This document shows, piece after piece, positions 1 through 10,054 of a stretch of DNA of 64,000 bases. The stretch is from positions 247,701 to 311,700 of the forward strand of contig BLSG01000402.1 of the NCBI GenBank assembly GCA_012862495.1. Direction: 5' to 3'. The notes under the pieces are model-generated. The model saw only the letters and a program-made list of their open reading frames with translations. It made no database searches and was not told where the DNA came from. The DNA comes from Thraustochytrium aureum (taxonomy: Eukaryota). Both the position numbers and the translations under genes were made by a program. Numbering within the stretch: position 1 is the stretch's first letter; each line of letters opens with the position of its first letter.

Positions 1-24
1 ACCGAGCGGCTCCGCGCCTTTCGC

Positions 25-3000
25 ATGGTCCGCACAGCAATCTGCCTATTATTATTGCTCAGCGCAGCTGCCCTCGTGGTGCTGATCCCTTCGTTCGAGC
101 TCAGCGTTGGCGCCCCATTTCGCGAGGGCTGGGCCAAACTCGTGCGACTCGACGGCGCCAACGCCGCCGCCTGGCTTGAGTGCGAAGAGCGCTGGGGCCC
201 TTCCCTGGACTTTGTTGAGACAGAGGGCTATGCAGACGCTTCATGCAGCAAGAACAGCACCGTCACCGAATACTATTTGTACAACATTACAAACGGCGAC
301 GCCGTGTTGCAAACTGGCGCAACGCCCTTGGTCAAGGAGCTGGGGCCGTTTCTGTTTGAGATTGGGGTGCGCCGGCGGGAGAGCGAGCGCGGCGAGGGCT
401 GGATCAAGACCGAGCAGCTCCAATATTACCGCTATTTGGGCGCAGCGGCGGACCTCGACCTCCAGGTCACGACGGCAAACCTGGGGTTTGCCCGATTTCT
501 GGCGCGGCTCAAGAACGAGATGGAGCTGAGCGACACGGACGCAGTCCTTGTCACAGAGATCTTTATTAAGCGATTCCATGAGCGCGTTCAGGCCTCCGGG
601 GTGACTTCTGTGGAGGAGTGGCTCCGGCGCGGAACCGAGCCAGACTGTCTCACACTAGGTTGCTTCCTGGCGCGGCGCGAGATTGGCGCTCTGATAGCGG
701 CCTTCAATTCGAGTGCAGAGGTGCGAAACGCCTTGGAGGGTTCGCACCTGCTGGGTCTGCCCGTTTTCGGGGTGGACCCCCTCGAGCAGGGCCAGGCGCA
801 AGTGTTGTGGGACGTCCTTGCGGCGGGCTCCGACTTTGTGCAGGACGCGCGGGAGCCGCACGCGCCTCGTCAGTGCAGCTTGGTGAACGCCGCTGCGTGC
901 GCGCACTTTGGCGCCCCCGTGGCCAACGCCAAGGTGCTCCTCGACGCCTTCCAGATGCTGTGGGCCTACGTCGGCAACAGCCAAACTCTGCTCACTACTG
1001 TGGACCTGGTCAGACTGAACATCGGCCTTGACACATTCGATCTGCAGGGCTTTTACGAAGGGATCGCCCTCCGAAACACGCGGTGCGAGGCAGCAACACT
1101 TTTCATGGGCCAGCTACGGTGCACGCAGCTCAACGACGTGGTGCAGTACATCTTCTGGATCTTCCAAACCGAGTGGGAGGCGCTATTCGCGCAACGAAAG
1201 GCCGGCAAGGGGTACTTGACGACGCGAACCGTGCGCGAGCTCTTGCTCACTGGGCACGAGGACGCTACTACAATGATCCTCAACCTTGGTGCTGGCGCGT
1301 CAGCAGCGTATGACACGGATCGCCGGGAAATCGCCCAGCGCATCCAGGCTGCCTCAGCTGACGCCCCGGCGGCCCTTGACGCGAGCGATCGCGCTTGGCT
1401 TCTCCGCGGGTGGGTGCCGCCCTTGGTCGGCCTCCCGTCCGAGGACCTATTGGACGCCTTCCTTCCGAAGACGCAAGGCGCCAACGCAAGCTCGGCACCG
1501 GCCAAACGATACCCTGGCGTTTTCCTGCCAGCGGACGCCGATGCAGCGGACCCCATGACCGTGTCCGTGCAGCCAGAGACGCGCTCCTACAGGGACGGCA
1601 CGGCAGCTCCGCGGTACCTTGAGGGCGCGCGTTTCATGGGCGCGCTCGATGGGCGGATCTCGACAGACATATTTGGGGACGAGCCTGCAAGTCTGCAGAG
1701 CTATGATGGCACACAGTTCGGGCCGACTTTTGACCTGACGTGGAGCGGGCTCATGTACGCCGTTTCAGGCGAGCCGTACAGCTCGAGTGAGCAGTTGAGT
1801 TCTTGGCGATCGACCGCCCCATTCTACCTCGACCAGGCCCATCGCGCCCTGACGCTGGTCCGTGCTCCAGGCGTTGCGGCGCTTGGAAGGGACGGCGTCC
1901 CGGACCTCGCCGCAACAGAGGTGGACGCCGACCTGCATGCAGATGTGGAGCTCTCCGCGTTCCGGCTCCAGTACGACCGGTTGAACCGCCTCAGTTCGGA
2001 TACGACAACCAAGACGACGTGCATGATCGATGTGTCGGTGCTTCACGGCGGGGCGCCCGTCCAGCTCGGGCTCCCGAACTACCTGGCATGCGACGCGACG
2101 AAAGGGGAGACTCCGGCGACGCGCGCGAAAGACTCCACGTTGGATTTCTACGAGCAGCTCAACAGCGGCGCTGGCGGTCTCGGAACTGACGGGGAGGCCG
2201 GACCGGAACCCGAGGAGCCGCTCCCGCTGGACGAACGGGTCGAGCTGTTGGGCCCACCCAGCGCGCGAACCGCGTCCAAGGAGACGATGAACATGCTCTT
2301 GGTCGAGCCGGTGACCGGGTACGGGCTGTTTGCCGAGGTAGCGATCGGCGCCTACTTGGATCTGGGCCCAACCGCGTTCCTCGCGCCAAAACTGCCGGCT
2401 GTCAAGCTGCCGATCTACAGCGTTGTCCACGTCCAAGCGCGCGATGCTGCGCAGGGCGACGCCATCGGCGTGCTCTTGAGGTCGGTATTGCGCCAGCAGC
2501 GAGCCGCTGTGGTCATGAGCTCGTTGATAGCGGTGGGGCTCAGTGTTCTCGGGGCTTTTCTGTGCTTACGAATCCGGCGTCGCCCCGAGATCTGGGCCGC
2601 GCAAGTCAAGCCGGTGGAGGACCTCGAGGCGGAAGCAGCCGTCAAGTGCGAGGAGCTCATGCTTCCCATCCAGCGCGTCCTCGAAGAAAAGGTGCAAGCT
2701 CACAGGTCTGCTCTCGTAGAGTTTGAGCGAGCAAAGGCGAGGCTCCTCTTCGAGAAGGGCGAGGACTGCGCAAAGTTGCTCGAAGACGAGATCCTGCCGC
2801 CGAGGGGGAGCTCAAAGCATGTGATGCGCACTGCCAACGCTAAACGGGCAGGAAACACAGTGTACGGGATCTCCCGGACGGGGTCGGTCTTCCAATTCAC
2901 GAATGTAAGTTCTGGGCTTGCTCTGCTGGAGGCCCCAACGCCTCTCACGGAAAGGAAGGGGCGGCTGACGCTTGCTGACTTGTACTCGAAGGACGAGTTG

Positions 3001-3111
3001 CGGGTTCTGCTGCTCGAGTACGGCAACCCGCTTGAAGATGTCGAGCCTATTGCCGACGAAGTTGACGCGGCAAGCGACGGCCGTGCTGGGGGCGAGCCTG
3101 GCAAGCTCTAA
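25..3111 (+). CDS. CD36/scavenger receptor class B (LIMP-2-like) membrane protein
   Basis: 1028 aa. N-terminal hydrophobic anchor, CD36-type motifs YYLYNITN...VKELGPFLF, YDGTQFGP and LLVEPVTG, C-terminal TM (AAVVMSSLIAVGLSVLGAFLCL) followed by basic residues. Confidence 0.85.
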   Translation: MVRTAICLLLLLSAAALVVLIPSFELSVGAPFREGWAKLVRLDGANAAAWLECEERWGPSLDFVETEGYADASCSKNSTVTEYYLYNITNGDAVLQTGATPLVKELGPFLFEIGVRRRESERGEGWIKTEQLQYYRYLGAAADLDLQVTTANLGFARFLARLKNEMELSDTDAVLVTEIFIKRFHERVQASGVTSVEEWLRRGTEPDCLTLGCFLARREIGALIAAFNSSAEVRNALEGSHLLGLPVFGVDPLEQGQAQVLWDVLAAGSDFVQDAREPHAPRQCSLVNAAACAHFGAPVANAKVLLDAFQMLWAYVGNSQTLLTTVDLVRLNIGLDTFDLQGFYEGIALRNTRCEAATLFMGQLRCTQLNDVVQYIFWIFQTEWEALFAQRKAGKGYLTTRTVRELLLTGHEDATTMILNLGAGASAAYDTDRREIAQRIQAASADAPAALDASDRAWLLRGWVPPLVGLPSEDLLDAFLPKTQGANASSAPAKRYPGVFLPADADAADPMTVSVQPETRSYRDGTAAPRYLEGARFMGALDGRISTDIFGDEPASLQSYDGTQFGPTFDLTWSGLMYAVSGEPYSSSEQLSSWRSTAPFYLDQAHRALTLVRAPGVAALGRDGVPDLAATEVDADLHADVELSAFRLQYDRLNRLSSDTTTKTTCMIDVSVLHGGAPVQLGLPNYLACDATKGETPATRAKDSTLDFYEQLNSGAGGLGTDGEAGPEPEEPLPLDERVELLGPPSARTASKETMNMLLVEPVTGYGLFAEVAIGAYLDLGPTAFLAPKLPAVKLPIYSVVHVQARDAAQGDAIGVLLRSVLRQQRAAVVMSSLIAVGLSVLGAFLCLRIRRRPEIWAAQVKPVEDLEAEAAVKCEELMLPIQRVLEEKVQAHRSALVEFERAKARLLFEKGEDCAKLLEDEILPPRGSSKHVMRTANAKRAGNTVYGISRTGSVFQFTNVSSGLALLEAPTPLTERKGRLTLADLYSKDELRVLLLEYGNPLEDVEPIADEVDAASDGRAGGEPGKL

Positions 3112-3303
3112 CGCACCGAACCCAAGCTTACTCGCTGGCGTCGGCGCGGATTTCTTCAGGTGGGCCCTGAAGTCTCGCGCTCCTGCGCACTTGGCGCTTC
3201 CAGATTGTGCCGTGTGTTGGCTCAGCTCGAGCGGCTCTTGCTAGTAGAGGGTGGTGAAGAAGAGTGGAAAAAACGATTGCTTGTCACAGCGAGAAGAACA
3301 GTG

Positions 3304-6300
3304 TCAGAGGAGGTCTAGCTTGGCCTTGTCTTTGTACCAGTCGCGCGACTTGAACTCGCCTAGCGTGAGGTCCTGCTGGTCACTGCGCAAACCTCTGGGG
3401 AATGAAGGATTGGCGTAGAGCTCGTAATCCCGGTAGTCCTCTTCAAAGAGCTGCATCCACAAGTAGAGCCACTCGTTCGAGACGTCGAGGTAGTTCATCG
3501 AGACACCCACGATGTCGCCCAAGTTGCGAACCCCGTGCGGGCAGCCGCCGGGAATGAAAATGAGGTCGCCCGGACGCTGCAACCCCTTGTACATTGGCGC
3601 GTTGACGACCAGCGGGTTGGCCGCTAGATCTGGACGGAACACGTCGTGGAAAAAGTGCGAGGAGCCAGGCTCCGGGTACAGGTCGAGGGTGTCGAATCGG
3701 TCGTAGAAACGCCACTCCTTTTCGCCCTCCATGAGGTACATCCAAAAGTTGGTGCCGCCCGAGTCGACGTGCATCTTGGACTCTGTCCCGTTCGCGCCAA
3801 CGAAGAGCGAAGGCCACGAGTGCTGGTAGCCTACGAACGGCATGCGTTGAAAATAGTCCCCCGCAAAGTACCGCGGGTAGGTAAACTCGTCGAACGGGGC
3901 AGGCCCCATAATCTCGGGACAGTTGATGGGCAGGCCCCAGTCGTGCAGGTACCAAGCTCGGCGCGTCTCGTTTTGGGTGTGCGTGCGGAGGAATGCGGTC
4001 AAGTTGACCGACTCCCGCACGCCAACCAGGCCGCCCCAGGTGCGCGCCCCGTCGTCCTTCTTCACAAACGTGGGCTTGTAGCGGCCGCAACGCTCGGCGA
4101 TGTGCTCTTTGGTCCAGGGGACCTTGGTGAGTTTCAGGCCGCTGATAATCACGGGCTTGCGCTTCTTTGCAAACTCGTTCACGAACTCCCTCACGGAGAG
4201 GTCTTTGGCGTCCCGGCGCTCGATGTCGAGCGAGACGAGGTCGTCCTCGGCCGGGGCCCTGCTCGTCTCGGCGCGGAATCGCCGCTCAAAAGCAGACGTC
4301 CGCTGGTGGAAGATGTCGACAAGGGTGTTGTACATGAATGCGACGTCCTGCGCGATGAGGTATGCGGCGGCTGTGGCTTCCGCCTGCGGTGCGGCCTCGG
4401 CTTCGCTCAAGATTGCCTCTTTGAAGGCTGAAAGCCTTTGCAGGTCGCGCCAGAAGGCGCGCACCTTTTGGGGATCTCGCGAGAGCGCAGCGAGGTCTGC
4501 CGGGGTGCGCGGGAGCGTGTTGACGAGAAGCCGGAGGTGCGTTCGCGTCTCGAGCGTGCGGAAGAACGCGTCCAGGATGCGCCGCATAGCGACGTTCTCT
4601 GGGCGGGCGCGGCGCTCGGGCGACATGTTTGCGTAGCTCTCCTCGTGCAGCAGGATCTCCTGGTAGAGGCCGAGGCACGTCTCCCACAAGTGCCCGGGGC
4701 CGCCGTCGCTCTTGGCGAGGAGCCCTGGATCTAGCTTGCGGATCTCGCGCCAGGCCGACGACTTGCGCGACCTGTTCGCGATGGCGGGCCGCGTTTTGAA
4801 ACCCCTCGCCTCGCCCGAATCGGCGGGCCGACTGGCGGCCCTATCTCCGCCGGTGCTGGCGCTCAAGTCCGCAACCGGGCCTTTGTCAGATCCTGCCTCG
4901 TCGCCCGAGCGCGCTTGGTCGCTTGCGACGGTCTTTCGTAGCATTCCGAAGACCCAGCGCTCGAGGGCGGCCTGCGCCCTTTCGAGGGGAACCGCGAGCA
5001 GCATTGGGCGCTCGCTGTCCCCTTCGCCAGCGGAGTAGACGTGCGGGACCTCTGTGACCGTGTCGAAGAGGACAACATTGGGCAGGTTGTGCTGCGGTAT
5101 GCCAAACTGCGCTGCAAAGTTGCGCCCGTTTGCAAAGGCAAACTTGACCTTGAGTTTGGTCGCTTCCAAGGCGGCCTTCTTCGCGCCAATCGCGTTCAAT
5201 GCGGCGCGGGCCCTGCTGAAGCCGGCCTGGTCCTGCGGATCCGCCAGGAGAATCACCAAGTAGTGGTTGACCCTGATCAGGTCCCACGAGTTGTCGGGAG
5301 TCAGCTCCACGAGCGACTCGTCCCGATTGGCCCCGATGAATTCGACCAAGCGGCGGCGGTACAGCTTGGCCTCGCTTGTGTCTGGTCCCGGCACGGTCTC
5401 GGAGAAGATGCGGCGCACGCCGTCTTCGCTGGCCACGAGGACTTGGCACGGCCCGAAACCGCTCGAGAGCGCTGCGCAAGCGTTCGCATCTCGAAGGTAC
5501 CCATAGTAGAGCCAACCATGGTGCTGCCCCGTCAGTTTCTGGAAGTGCTCTGCCTCGCGCTCGCATGCGCCGGGCGCTGGCGGAAGCGCGTTTGGGACGC
5601 AAGCGATTGCAGCTGGGAGGTGACCCGCAAGGAATTCGTCTGCTGCCTTTGCTGACGGGAGTTCTGTGTGGTTCGGGGCCAGGTGCCGGCGCAGAAAGTG
5701 CAGGATTCGCGAGGGCCGCACCGCTTCGGCAAACTCTGCCACTGGCTTGCCCTTGCGGAACAGCTTGATAATGAGCGGAAAGTAGTTGCGCTTTCCAAAC
5801 AGGAACCCGGCAAAGGCGCCGTCCGAGGCGGTGTCAGGCTCGTTCTCCTGCCAGGAAGAAAGCGTTTCGGGGCTGTATACAGACTGCAGGTACGAGTGCA
5901 CGGCTACGTTGACCGCGGCAAGCTGGGCCCGGCCTTTGAGGTCCGGTGCCGCGCCCAGGGCCTTCGCGGCCTTCTCAAGTTGATTGCGCGTCACGAGGAA
6001 CGACTCGGATCGCGGGTCGAAAAAGGCGACCAGCACCGCCTCGGTCGCGGACGCACCCGAGGCGTTGACCACGTCCATAAAGTCAAGGGTCCCCACGTCG
6101 CGCATGTACCTGAACGGTGGCGTCGACACCTCAGGCAGGTCCATGGCCACCTCGTTCACAAGCGTGCTGTTCAGCACCCGGCCAAGCGCCGAGGCGACGA
6201 GTCTGTCAACTCCCGATTGCGCCTCGTCCGCGCCTCCTTGCCACCACCATGCCAGCGCGGCGGCCGCCGCGGCTGCTGCAACCGCTGCGCCAAAGCGGCC

Positions 6301-6372
6301 CAACCCCCCATTCTTGCGTTTGCTCTCCGGCTGCGACTCTGCGTTGGTCGGCCTTGGCCTCGTGCGGGCCAT
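3304..6372 (-). CDS. Signal-anchored protein with redox-inactive PDI/thioredoxin-like folds and C-terminal JmjC 2OG-Fe(II) dioxygenase domain
   Basis: ATG at 6372 (MARTRPR), Ala-rich TM. Trx-like VLVAFFDPRSESF...EKAAKAL...FPLIIKLFRKGKP. JmjC motifs KMHVDSGGTNFW, GEKEW, FIPGGCPHGVRN. Confidence 0.85.
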   Translation of the reverse strand: MARTRPRPTNAESQPESKRKNGGLGRFGAAVAAAAAAAALAWWWQGGADEAQSGVDRLVASALGRVLNSTLVNEVAMDLPEVSTPPFRYMRDVGTLDFMDVVNASGASATEAVLVAFFDPRSESFLVTRNQLEKAAKALGAAPDLKGRAQLAAVNVAVHSYLQSVYSPETLSSWQENEPDTASDGAFAGFLFGKRNYFPLIIKLFRKGKPVAEFAEAVRPSRILHFLRRHLAPNHTELPSAKAADEFLAGHLPAAIACVPNALPPAPGACEREAEHFQKLTGQHHGWLYYGYLRDANACAALSSGFGPCQVLVASEDGVRRIFSETVPGPDTSEAKLYRRRLVEFIGANRDESLVELTPDNSWDLIRVNHYLVILLADPQDQAGFSRARAALNAIGAKKAALEATKLKVKFAFANGRNFAAQFGIPQHNLPNVVLFDTVTEVPHVYSAGEGDSERPMLLAVPLERAQAALERWVFGMLRKTVASDQARSGDEAGSDKGPVADLSASTGGDRAASRPADSGEARGFKTRPAIANRSRKSSAWREIRKLDPGLLAKSDGGPGHLWETCLGLYQEILLHEESYANMSPERRARPENVAMRRILDAFFRTLETRTHLRLLVNTLPRTPADLAALSRDPQKVRAFWRDLQRLSAFKEAILSEAEAAPQAEATAAAYLIAQDVAFMYNTLVDIFHQRTSAFERRFRAETSRAPAEDDLVSLDIERRDAKDLSVREFVNEFAKKRKPVIISGLKLTKVPWTKEHIAERCGRYKPTFVKKDDGARTWGGLVGVRESVNLTAFLRTHTQNETRRAWYLHDWGLPINCPEIMGPAPFDEFTYPRYFAGDYFQRMPFVGYQHSWPSLFVGANGTESKMHVDSGGTNFWMYLMEGEKEWRFYDRFDTLDLYPEPGSSHFFHDVFRPDLAANPLVVNAPMYKGLQRPGDLIFIPGGCPHGVRNLGDIVGVSMNYLDVSNEWLYLWMQLFEEDYRDYELYANPSFPRGLRSDQQDLTLGEFKSRDWYKDKAKLDLL

Positions 6373-7560
6373 CCTGCGCGCTGGAGGACGGCGCCAGCCA
6401 CTCTCTTGCTCAATCAAGCAGCTAGCTGCCTGGCGGCTGCGCTGTGGCGCCAGGGGAGTCTGGTCTGAAAGTTTCGGAATGCAGAGTGCTCGTAGGTGTC
6501 GAGTAGGCCAAGTACGCCACATTGACGCAGCAGTTAATTAACGCGCGCGGCTCTGCGGGGCGATGCAGGGCGCCGCAGTGCGAGCGCGCCCGCGCCGAGC
6601 GAGGCGGGCCCTCGCGGTTCAGCTTGAGGCGCGGTTGTGCGATGAATTGGGGCCGGTTGGCGGGTTTTCGACGTCGCAAGTGTGCCTGGTCAAGGCGTCG
6701 CCGAGGCTCGGATCTAGCGCGCTTGCCAGGGTGGCCAACGCCGCGCTGGCTTCGACCTGGGCCGGTGGCACGAGCCGGTTACAGCAGCGTGGAGCCGTGG
6801 CGTTCTTGGTGTTACCTCAGGCTGACACCAACGAAAAAAGGCGAGCACACGCCAGCGCGGTGGTAGTAGGTATCGGGACGCCACCACTGCTTTCGCCAGC
6901 TACTAGTAGTAGAGGAAGTCCATCATGATACCGGCATCCGACGTGGCCAGGCTGCGTTGCTGGCTCGTGACCGCCAGCGGCTCGCGCCCCGAGTCACTCG
7001 GAAAAGGACATACGGTGTGAATGAATGTATGCAAAGAATTTGGGACCTCCTCACAACAGGTGCGTTGCGGCGTCAATCAAGGTTGGCGGATTGGCGGGTT
7101 GCGCCGGGCGTGTTCCGCTGGCCGCGTTCCGCTGGACGTGCCTCGTAGCAGAGTAATCCGCTTGGCGATCTTGGCTGTCCGAGCGAGTCCTTCATCAGTT
7201 GGCAGCACTGCGACGCGCTTCTCTCGACTGCAATGGAACGTTCTTGCGACCAAGCACAGGCACTAGGGCCGCAGGCGGTTCATGCTTGGTGAAACCGCAG
7301 GCGGCCAATCGCACGTCACTCTCTGGAGGTTCTCATAAATTCAGCCATGATGGTGCGCAAGTGACCGTGTGTAAAACACAGGCTAGCTCTAGAGAGCCAC
7401 CAGCTCATGCCAACAACTTGAAGGCTACCTACTGGCAGCTGCAGCCTGTTTGGCCGGGCCGAGCATCTGCAAACCCCAAATACAAAGCAACAGGAAGACC
7501 TACACCACCACCACGACCACCACCACCACCACCACCACGCAAAGCATCCAGTCAATCAAG

Positions 7561-9880
7561 ATGAGTAGCCGAAACCCCGCCGACGCCTCGAGCAACGAGT
7601 GGGAAGACGTCGGCCCCGTGTGCCCGATCACCCACGACACCATCGTCGATCCCGTCCAGGACCCTGAAGGCCACATCTTCGAGCGAGAGGCCATCACAAA
7701 ATGGGTGACGGAACACGGCAACTCGCCACTAACGCGCCGCCCGTTGCGCATCGAGGACCTCATCCCCGCGGGCGAGAACAGCGCAAGCGTGGAGATCGTC
7801 ATGTTTCCGACCGGCGAGCCCGCTCTCGGGAGCGTCGAAGCAACCGGGCCGCGCACGCAGCAAAGCGCGCTAATTCGCATCTGCACTCCGCCCCAATCGC
7901 ACAAGATCCCCGTCCACATCTGCTGCATCATCGACGTCAGTGGGTCGATGGACGAACTTGCCGACGTCAAGGGCGCGAACGGCAAGACAGAGAGCACCGG
8001 CCTCTCTGTCCTGGACGTGGTCAAACACAGTGTGCGCACCATCATCACCTCGCTCGGCCCAGACGACCTCGTCTCAATCGTGTCGTACCACTCGTCCGCC
8101 AAGGTGGAGTGCGAGCCAACGCAGTGCACAGATTCGGGCAAGCAACGCCTCATCGAGCGCACTGACGCCCTCAGGACGCAGGGCTGCACCAATCTCTGGG
8201 ACGGCCTCAAGCACGGGCTCGACTTGGCGGCACAGACCGCGCGCCGCGGCCTGCGGCAGTCTGTGTTTCTCCTCACTGACGGGATGCCCAACGTCGAGCC
8301 CCCGCGCGGACACATCCCCACACTCGAAAAGTACTTGAGCAAGCTGTCGCTGAAAGGCCAGCTGCCCGCGGCCGTCAACACATTCGGTTTTGGGTACTCG
8401 CTCGACTCGAAGCTGCTCTGCGATATCGCGGCGCTGGGCGGTGGCTCCTACTCGTTCATCCCGGACGGCGGTCTGGTGGGCACAGTCTTTGTCCACGCTG
8501 TCGCAGCGGCGCGCTGCACTTTTGGGCAGAACGCAACGCTCGAGCTCACAGCTCTCGACGGGGCCCGAATTGCAAACTCGGCCGACCTCTCCAGCGCTCT
8601 TCCGTACGTCTCGGACAGCGAGAACACCTGCAGCGAGATGCGACTCGGCTCGCTCATGCACTCGGCGGGCGCTGGCGCAGCGGCGAGGGCGATCCTGGTC
8701 ACGCTTGACACGTCCAATGTCCGCGGGAGCGAGACCAAGATCCTGCGCGCCACGCTCCGATTCAACGCGTCGAGCGGGCCCGGCCTGGTCTACGGCGCCA
8801 CAACATTCACCCCTGGCCCCAAGGCGATCGAGGAAGCCTTGTTTGCTGTCGCCCGCTTCGAGGTTGTCGCGTTCATCCGCTCAGTCCTCGCGGAGAGGCT
8901 CTCTCCCGCCAAGGGCAAGGGACCCGACTGGCCGTTTGGGAGAGCTCGTTGATCGGCTCGCGCTGCTCAGCAACCAAGTCAAGCGGCCGCCGCACTTCGA
9001 GGCCCTTCTGAAGGATGTAGAGGGCCAGGTCTTCGAGGCCGTCTCAAACGAAGCAAACATGACCCGCTGGGGAGTGCACTACTTGCCCTCGCTCGCGACG
9101 GCGCATGCCCTCCAACTCTGCAACAACTTCAAAGATCCTGGGGTGCAGTACTACGCCGAGGACGGCCTGTTCTCCGACGAGCGCGACGCCGCAGAGGCGG
9201 CCTTTCTGGCCTTGCCCCCGCCCAAGCCCTCTCGGCGGCCCCAGGCGGCCCCGATCACCAACATGGGCGGTCTCTTCATGAGCCGCTGCAACCCCTGCTT
9301 CGCGCCGCACTGCCAGGTCACGCTCGCGTCAGGCCACGCTCTCCCGGTCGCGTTGCTCGCGAAGGGGGACGTCGTCCGCACAGGGTCGGGCGGCGTGGCC
9401 AAGGTCCGCTGCCTCCTCAAGACGCTTCGCCCCACCTCTGACATGGTAACCTTGCCAGGCGGCCTGTGCATTTCGGGCTACCACCCGGTCTATTGGGAGG
9501 GGGCGTGGGCGTTCCCTTGCGAGCTCGAGTGCGCAAGCCCGGCTGGGCCGTGCGAGTCGATTTTCAGCGTGGTGCTCGAAGAAGGCCACAACTCGCTTGT
9601 TGTGCAGGGCGTGCGCTGCGCGTCACTGGGGCACTCGCTCACCTCTGACCCGGTGGTCGCGCACCCGTACTTTGGCTCGCAGGCAGTCGTGCGCGACCTG
9701 GAGAAGATGCCTGGCTGGGCCGAGGGCGTTGTCGTTGTCACGGACGGCGCGCTCCTTCGAGACCCAAGCAGCCAACTGGTTTGCGGGTTCAACTTGGACC
9801 GGGTTGTTGCGGTCGGCTCCGCGCTTGCATGCGCTTCCGCCTTGGAGGCACAGTCGTTCCTCGCGCGCGCGGCGTACTAA
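7561..9880 (+). CDS. U-box + vWA + Vwaint + Vint (Hint) domain protein, with a +1 frameshift at ~8935
   Basis: U-box CPITHDTIVDPV...GHIFEREAITKW...SPLTR. vWA MIDAS DVSGSM, TNLWDGL, LLTDGMPN, TFGFG. After the shift WGVHYLPSL...CNNFKDPGVQ, then Hint CFAPHCQVTLASG...LAKGDVV...LGH...HPYFGS. Confidence 0.88.
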
Positions 9881-10054
9881 CTTGGCAACAGCAGCTAGCT
9901 ACTTGTCTAAAGGATTTTCCACTGCACATACTCGCTCCTACGCTTGCGCTTCGCCCGCGCCGAGTCGCTTCGCCCGCAGCGCGCTGCCGCTGCAAGCCGG
10001 CGCCAGGGCCTCTCGAGCCCCGACTGCCGAGCCGGACAAACCCTGCCTACTCTG

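Noticed and set aside
9296..9880. Canonical intein or Hedgehog protein
   Set aside because: No His-Asn/nucleophile splice junction with a C-extein, no endonuclease and no Hedge domain; the tail matches Vint type
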